Part shown: positions 58,136 to 64,000 of the stretch, piece by piece
How positions within the stretch are numbered: position 1 is the first letter of the stretch
Layout of the letters: each line of letters starts with the position of its first letter
From: Spirochaetia bacterium
GTDB taxonomy: Bacteria; Spirochaetota; Spirochaetia; DSM-27196; Salinispiraceae
Length of the DNA: 64,000 nucleotides
Reading direction: 5' to 3'
Assembly (NCBI GenBank): GCA_038204425.1
Contig: JBBRCZ010000003.1
Span: 150,383-214,382, forward strand
The notes under the pieces: model-generated
Told to the model about the DNA's origin: nothing
Seen by the model: the letters and a program-made list of their open reading frames with translations, nothing else
The model's database searches: none
Position numbers and translations under genes: made by a program

Positions 58136-58351
58136 AATAAATCCACCAATAAAAAAATTTTCAAGTATCAAATACTTGAAGCACTATCAAAAATGCTTGG
58201 TCAAGAATAGATTTAAATGATTCAAAAAACAAGGCCCTATTAAAACCGGTTTTTTTACTTCGGGCGGTCAGATAAATTGGTTTGTATTATTACTTGGCCT
58301 AGTTTAGAGTTATAGTTTGAGAATGTTGACCGTAGGAAGAAGGGTTGGATT

Positions 58352-59299
58352 ATGTACCAAATTGGTTTGTATCGACGATTGTTTGCTTGTCTCATGATTG
58401 TATCTTTTCCTTTGTTGCATTTGAGCGCGCAAGAGAGCGGGACTTCCCAAGAAGACGGGATTGTCCATGAGAACAAAGTTGAAGTTTTTGCAACAACTTC
58501 GCCGGAGGCTCTTGTCTCGTATACACATACAATTACCATTCCGGCCATACAAGGCGAAGATTTTTTGACCAAAGACAACAAGCTCAAATTGGAGTTTGGA
58601 ATCAGCGCGACACCCATTTCTCTTGGTGCATCATTTAACGCTATTCTAAGTCCACTAGCTTTTCTGGAGTTTAACCTAGGTGGACAACTAGGTAGCGGCT
58701 GGGACATCGGCTTTGTTAATGGCTTGGGAATCAACACCAAAATAGACTTAAATACGATATCAGTTACAAAAGATCCCTTTGCCGCCGCCGTCTGGAAGCT
58801 TAAGGGTGGTGCTGCATTTCAGTTTGATCTTGCAGCTCTGATTCAAGGCGATTGGAATCACCTTGTATTTAGAACCTATCACGAGGGATTTTACAGGGCC
58901 ATGACGGGTGTCGGTAGTGACGTATCGTGGACCTTTGAAGCAGAAGACCCCGAGAATCGCAATGGTTGGAACTACTATGGAAATTACGTCTTGGGTTACC
59001 AAATGCCTATTGCCTTGGATTTGATCGCCTTGGTCGCTGAATCGGAGCTATTTCTCTATGATACCCTAGGAAGAGAAGTCTGGGGCGACGACCTATTTCG
59101 ATGGAAATTTGGTGCATTGGTACAGTTCAACTTGGGAAGCGGTGTTTCACTCGCAGTGGTTGGTCAGCTAAAACTTTGGCGAAACTTTACCGACAGCACA
59201 GCCAATTATGCCTTCTACCAAGATCGGGTGATAGACCAGAACGAGCCGTTTCGCTTGGAATTCTATAGAATAGCAGTCGCTTTTGGGATAAAGTGGTAA
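58352..59299 (+). CDS. Putative outer-membrane beta-barrel protein
   Basis: Signal peptide, alternating hydrophobic beta-strands, terminal IAVAFGIKW. Confidence 0.55.
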   Translation: MYQIGLYRRLFACLMIVSFPLLHLSAQESGTSQEDGIVHENKVEVFATTSPEALVSYTHTITIPAIQGEDFLTKDNKLKLEFGISATPISLGASFNAILSPLAFLEFNLGGQLGSGWDIGFVNGLGINTKIDLNTISVTKDPFAAAVWKLKGGAAFQFDLAALIQGDWNHLVFRTYHEGFYRAMTGVGSDVSWTFEAEDPENRNGWNYYGNYVLGYQMPIALDLIALVAESELFLYDTLGREVWGDDLFRWKFGALVQFNLGSGVSLAVVGQLKLWRNFTDSTANYAFYQDRVIDQNEPFRLEFYRIAVAFGIKW

Positions 59300-59338
59300 A
59301 TAGTTACCAGATATAGGTTAAGATCGAGAAAAAACTGA

Positions 59339-60076
59339 CTATTGATCACTCTTCGCTGCATCGAGTAGCGCATTGATGCGTTGGGCAGCTTGCGTGACTT
59401 GATCCCTCATCTTTTGGCTATAGGGATTGTGATTTTGCAAATCCACAAACAGTTGCCATGGATCGTTGCAGGTTTGTTCCATTACTTCTAGAAGCTTCTT
59501 ATATCCAAGTGTAGCAATAGGGCTTTGTTTTAGTTCAAGTTCAGAAAAAAGCCTGCCAAAATAGTGGGTTACGCCTTGCGTAATTGCCGCTTGAGCGTCG
59601 TGTTCTTCAGCACTCATAGTGTTAACACTTAAGCCAAGTCGCTTGAAATAAGTCTGCCATTCTTGGAATTGTTCATTGCTTTCTCTAAATGAGCACAGCG
59701 CAATCGGCAAACCGTTTACACCGTTGCGTCCGGAATCTGGCCCAAACATAGGGTGGGTTCCTATAATGCTCGTACTCTTGGGCAGGTGCCGTGCCATTTG
59801 TTGCAGAGGCCAGACCTTTACCGAGCACGTGTCCAGTAAGACAGTATTTGGATTTAACAGTGGTGCAAGTTCTTTGCATGCATCAGGAATAGATGAAATA
59901 GTACAACACAAAAAGATCGAATCGCAGCGAGCTAACTCAGCAATACCAACTAACTTGATTCCTGCAATTGTTTCGCGTGGACTACGATTGTAGGCACATA
60001 CCTCGCCAAATGACGCAGCTAGGATTTGGGCCCAAAAGGTTCCAAATCGTCCTAATCCAAATACTCCAGTTCGCAT
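59339..60076 (-). CDS. tyrA: Prephenate/arogenate dehydrogenase
   Basis: GLGRFG, DTCSVK, GTHPMFGP, EEHD..AA.TQGVTH. Confidence 0.88.
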   Translation of the reverse strand: MRTGVFGLGRFGTFWAQILAASFGEVCAYNRSPRETIAGIKLVGIAELARCDSIFLCCTISSIPDACKELAPLLNPNTVLLDTCSVKVWPLQQMARHLPKSTSIIGTHPMFGPDSGRNGVNGLPIALCSFRESNEQFQEWQTYFKRLGLSVNTMSAEEHDAQAAITQGVTHYFGRLFSELELKQSPIATLGYKKLLEVMEQTCNDPWQLFVDLQNHNPYSQKMRDQVTQAAQRINALLDAAKSDQ

Positions 60077-60197
60077 TGCATGAGTATATTCCCAAAGTCA
60101 GATTTTTCTCAAGGTGCTTAAGCATTGTTGTGATTACCATGCTGCTATACAATAACAAGCAAGTCATATCTTTAAGCTAGGGGATAGGGAAGCCAAA

Positions 60198-61271
60198 TTG
60201 AGTATAAAGCCACATCTGTTGAGCCGATCAAAGCAAGCTGCAGGGCAAACGGGATTCGCCAAGCGCCATTTTTTTGGTGCATTATTTCTTGTTGTAGCGT
60301 TTCTTGTACTTAGTCTTAGCTGTGTAAATGCAGCAGGAGACAGGCAATCAGCTGCAATCGCCGCTGATTATATCAAATTTGCAGATCTTGCCTCTAAGCA
60401 GGGGGATACCAAAACTGCAATAGACTACTATCTAAAGGCAATCGAATTTGACCCCCAGTCTAGACAACTTCGCTTCAATCTGGTGCTTGCCTATATTGCT
60501 GCAATGCGCTTTGAGGAAGGTAATATCTTAAATGAACAACTATTGCTCGAAGATCCAGGTAACGTTGTAGTTCTGGAGAATAGGGCCTATTTTTTGGCCG
60601 TGGCCAAGAAGGCTGATGCTGCGTTTCAAATACTGAGCCAACTCTATGTCGATGGAAATCGCCGAGATTCAATACTTTATAATCTGATCTTGTTATCCGA
60701 AGAGTTGGCAAGATTTGAGGACGCTTGGAACTATGGCTCGCTCTTGTTGGAGTTTAGCCCAAAAGCAAGTGAATATCGTTTGCGCGTCGCCGTTTCCGGC
60801 CTAAAGGCAGGGAAAGAAAAGGAAGCCCAGCCGCTGCTTGAGGAATATCGCGACTCCGTTGGCACCGACGCCAAGAAACTTTTAGCTCTCGCTGAGGTAT
60901 ATGCTAAAAACAAATTTTATGGACAAGCGTTGCAAATTATTAATCCCTTGCTTGAGTCAGGAAACAATCCTGATGCACTTTTTTTGCGAGCTACCGTTAG
61001 GCAAGATTCCGGCCAAGATAGTGATGAAGTAATCGCAGATCTGCTCTTGGCGATAAAGAGTCAAGCAACTATGCGCGAGAAGATACTCGCTTGGACCAAG
61101 TCATTGCCTGCTGCCAAGCAAGAAAAGTTCCTTGCTGAGCTTATCAAGCAGGATGAGGCCGAGGCATTCGAGAAGAAGAACTTAGAAGCAGCCAAATTGG
61201 CTACTTCTACAACGACGTTAACCATAACAAATCCATCCACAACTACGACTTTACTACCCAGTCTAAATTGA
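60198..61271 (+). CDS. TPR-repeat lipoprotein
   Basis: Lipobox-like LSC; AIDYYLKAIEFDP and further TPR repeats; Thr-rich tail. Confidence 0.7.
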   Translation: MSIKPHLLSRSKQAAGQTGFAKRHFFGALFLVVAFLVLSLSCVNAAGDRQSAAIAADYIKFADLASKQGDTKTAIDYYLKAIEFDPQSRQLRFNLVLAYIAAMRFEEGNILNEQLLLEDPGNVVVLENRAYFLAVAKKADAAFQILSQLYVDGNRRDSILYNLILLSEELARFEDAWNYGSLLLEFSPKASEYRLRVAVSGLKAGKEKEAQPLLEEYRDSVGTDAKKLLALAEVYAKNKFYGQALQIINPLLESGNNPDALFLRATVRQDSGQDSDEVIADLLLAIKSQATMREKILAWTKSLPAAKQEKFLAELIKQDEAEAFEKKNLEAAKLATSTTTLTITNPSTTTTLLPSLN

Positions 61272-61892
61272 CAAAGATTTTTTGAGGTCTTGGTATACTT
61301 GGTCGGGAGCAGGGCTTGAGTCCAAGTCTACCAATAGTCCTAAATTTCGATAGTAGCTCTCAAGGGGTGCTGTTTGGTCATGGTAAACGGCAAGACGGGT
61401 TAGAATTGAGTCTTCTTGATCATCAGGGCGCTGCCACAGCTCTTCGCCTGTAAGGTCGTCCTTGTCGACAGCTTTTGGTGGGCTAAACAGAACATGGTAG
61501 GTTCTGCCCGATGCCTTATGAACCCGGCGGCCCGAAAGCCTTTTAACAACTTCTGTTTCTTTAAGCTCAAAGTTGACAGCGCAATCTATAGAGCATAGTT
61601 TGGCAAGGGCATCGGCTTGGACTAAAGTCCGCGGAAAACCATCCAGTATAAAACCATTTACAGTGTCATCGTTCTCAAGCCGTTCTTTGACTAACGCGAT
61701 TGTCAAGTCATCCGATACAAGTTTGCCAGCCTCAACTATTTGTTCGACTTGCTTACCAAGTGCTGTTTCGTTGCGAATGGCAGCTCTAATAATGTCTCCT
61801 GTTGAAATGTGTGGAATATTCAATTCGTTCGACAGGCGAACTGCCATGGTGCCTTTGCCGGCGCCCGGAGGGCCCAAAAAAATAAGATTCAT
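61263..61892 (-). CDS. adk: Adenylate kinase
   Basis: GPPGAGKGT, HISTGD, GFILDGFPR, LID RRVHKASGRTYH. Confidence 0.96.
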   Translation of the reverse strand: MNLIFLGPPGAGKGTMAVRLSNELNIPHISTGDIIRAAIRNETALGKQVEQIVEAGKLVSDDLTIALVKERLENDDTVNGFILDGFPRTLVQADALAKLCSIDCAVNFELKETEVVKRLSGRRVHKASGRTYHVLFSPPKAVDKDDLTGEELWQRPDDQEDSILTRLAVYHDQTAPLESYYRNLGLLVDLDSSPAPDQVYQDLKKSLSI

Positions 61893-61984
61893 AAATGCTC
61901 CCGACGATAAGGTTTGTAAACTTTTCCTATACTATGGTTCTAAGGCCTTCGCGTCAAGAAAATGTAAAATAGTTTAAATCCATA

Positions 61985-62130
61985 TTGACAGTCAGGGATG
62001 GTATTTGTTACAAATCACGCCGTGTCAGAGTAGAGATTTTCGTCGCTACTTTGACGCAAAACAAGTACTAAAATAATAGTCACTTGGCGCACAATTAGTA
62101 CTTGACCGAAAGTGCTCGCTGTGATATTGT
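61985..62130 (+). promoter_or_regulatory. Tandem rrn promoters (P1/P2)
   Basis: TTGACA(61985)-N18-TACAAA and TTGACC(62102)-N17-TATTGT, both with an extended-10 TG. Confidence 0.55.
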
Positions 62131-62135
62131 GCGAC

Positions 62136-62176
62136 TCCGCTGTGAACGGTGATGTTCCTGCAGTGGATCTTTAACA
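62136..62176 (+). promoter_or_regulatory. rrn antitermination leader (boxB-like hairpin plus boxA)
   Basis: TCCGCTGTGAAC...GTTCCTGCAGTGGA hairpin, then GATCTTTAACA (boxA-like). Confidence 0.55.
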
Positions 62177-62352
62177 GTTAATAGAGAAGGGGAAGGAAGC
62201 AAGCATTAGAACTTGGAAGAGTTTTGGTGCGGGTACCTTAAGTAGGCTACTAAGTTTAGGCTTGGTAGCAAACGTCAATGTTTGATTGATTAGCTTAGGT
62301 GATAAATAATTTATGATTAAATAATAGCGTTTCCGCAAGGAGACGTGAATAT

Positions 62353-63894
<1,542 letters not shown>

Positions 63895-64000
63895 TGAGAA
63901 AGAAAAAGTCCTAGGTAATTTGTACAAGAACCAAGGCAATAAAATCCTGCACTAAGAAACTTCTAAACCCAATGCTTGTGGGGTAAGCGACGCGAGATTT

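Overview
Core chromosomal segment of a spirochaete (Spirochaetales-type 16S rRNA, flaB, Borrelia CheY3-like and Bpur-like proteins, short spirochaetal SMC). It carries about 60 CDS. These include the ffh-rpsP-khpA-rimM-trmD-rplS and coaD-rpmF-acpP-rnc clusters, signalling genes (NtrC-type, PilZ, CheY, PP2C, HD-GYP), ackA, glmS, gcvH, avtA, hisC, tyrA, adk, ttcA and two FKBPs. The window ends with the start of an rrn operon. I saw no mobile element, CRISPR array or tRNA. The most striking item is a 1140-aa single-chain fusion of 2-oxoacid dehydrogenase E1alpha, E1beta, a lipoyl domain and an intact FabH/KAS III, with no E2 acyltransferase. This suggests direct keto-acid-to-fatty-acid priming without free acyl-CoA. 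Other leads are a recurrent [S/T]TTT[L/I/V] motif in exported proteins alongside a GT-C-like membrane protein, an uncharacterised small gene coupled to glmS, many apparently leaderless genes, a DUF2779 nuclease with an iron-staple-like Cys pattern, and a FlgM-like micro-protein. All family assignments come from motif recognition by eye; no searches were run.
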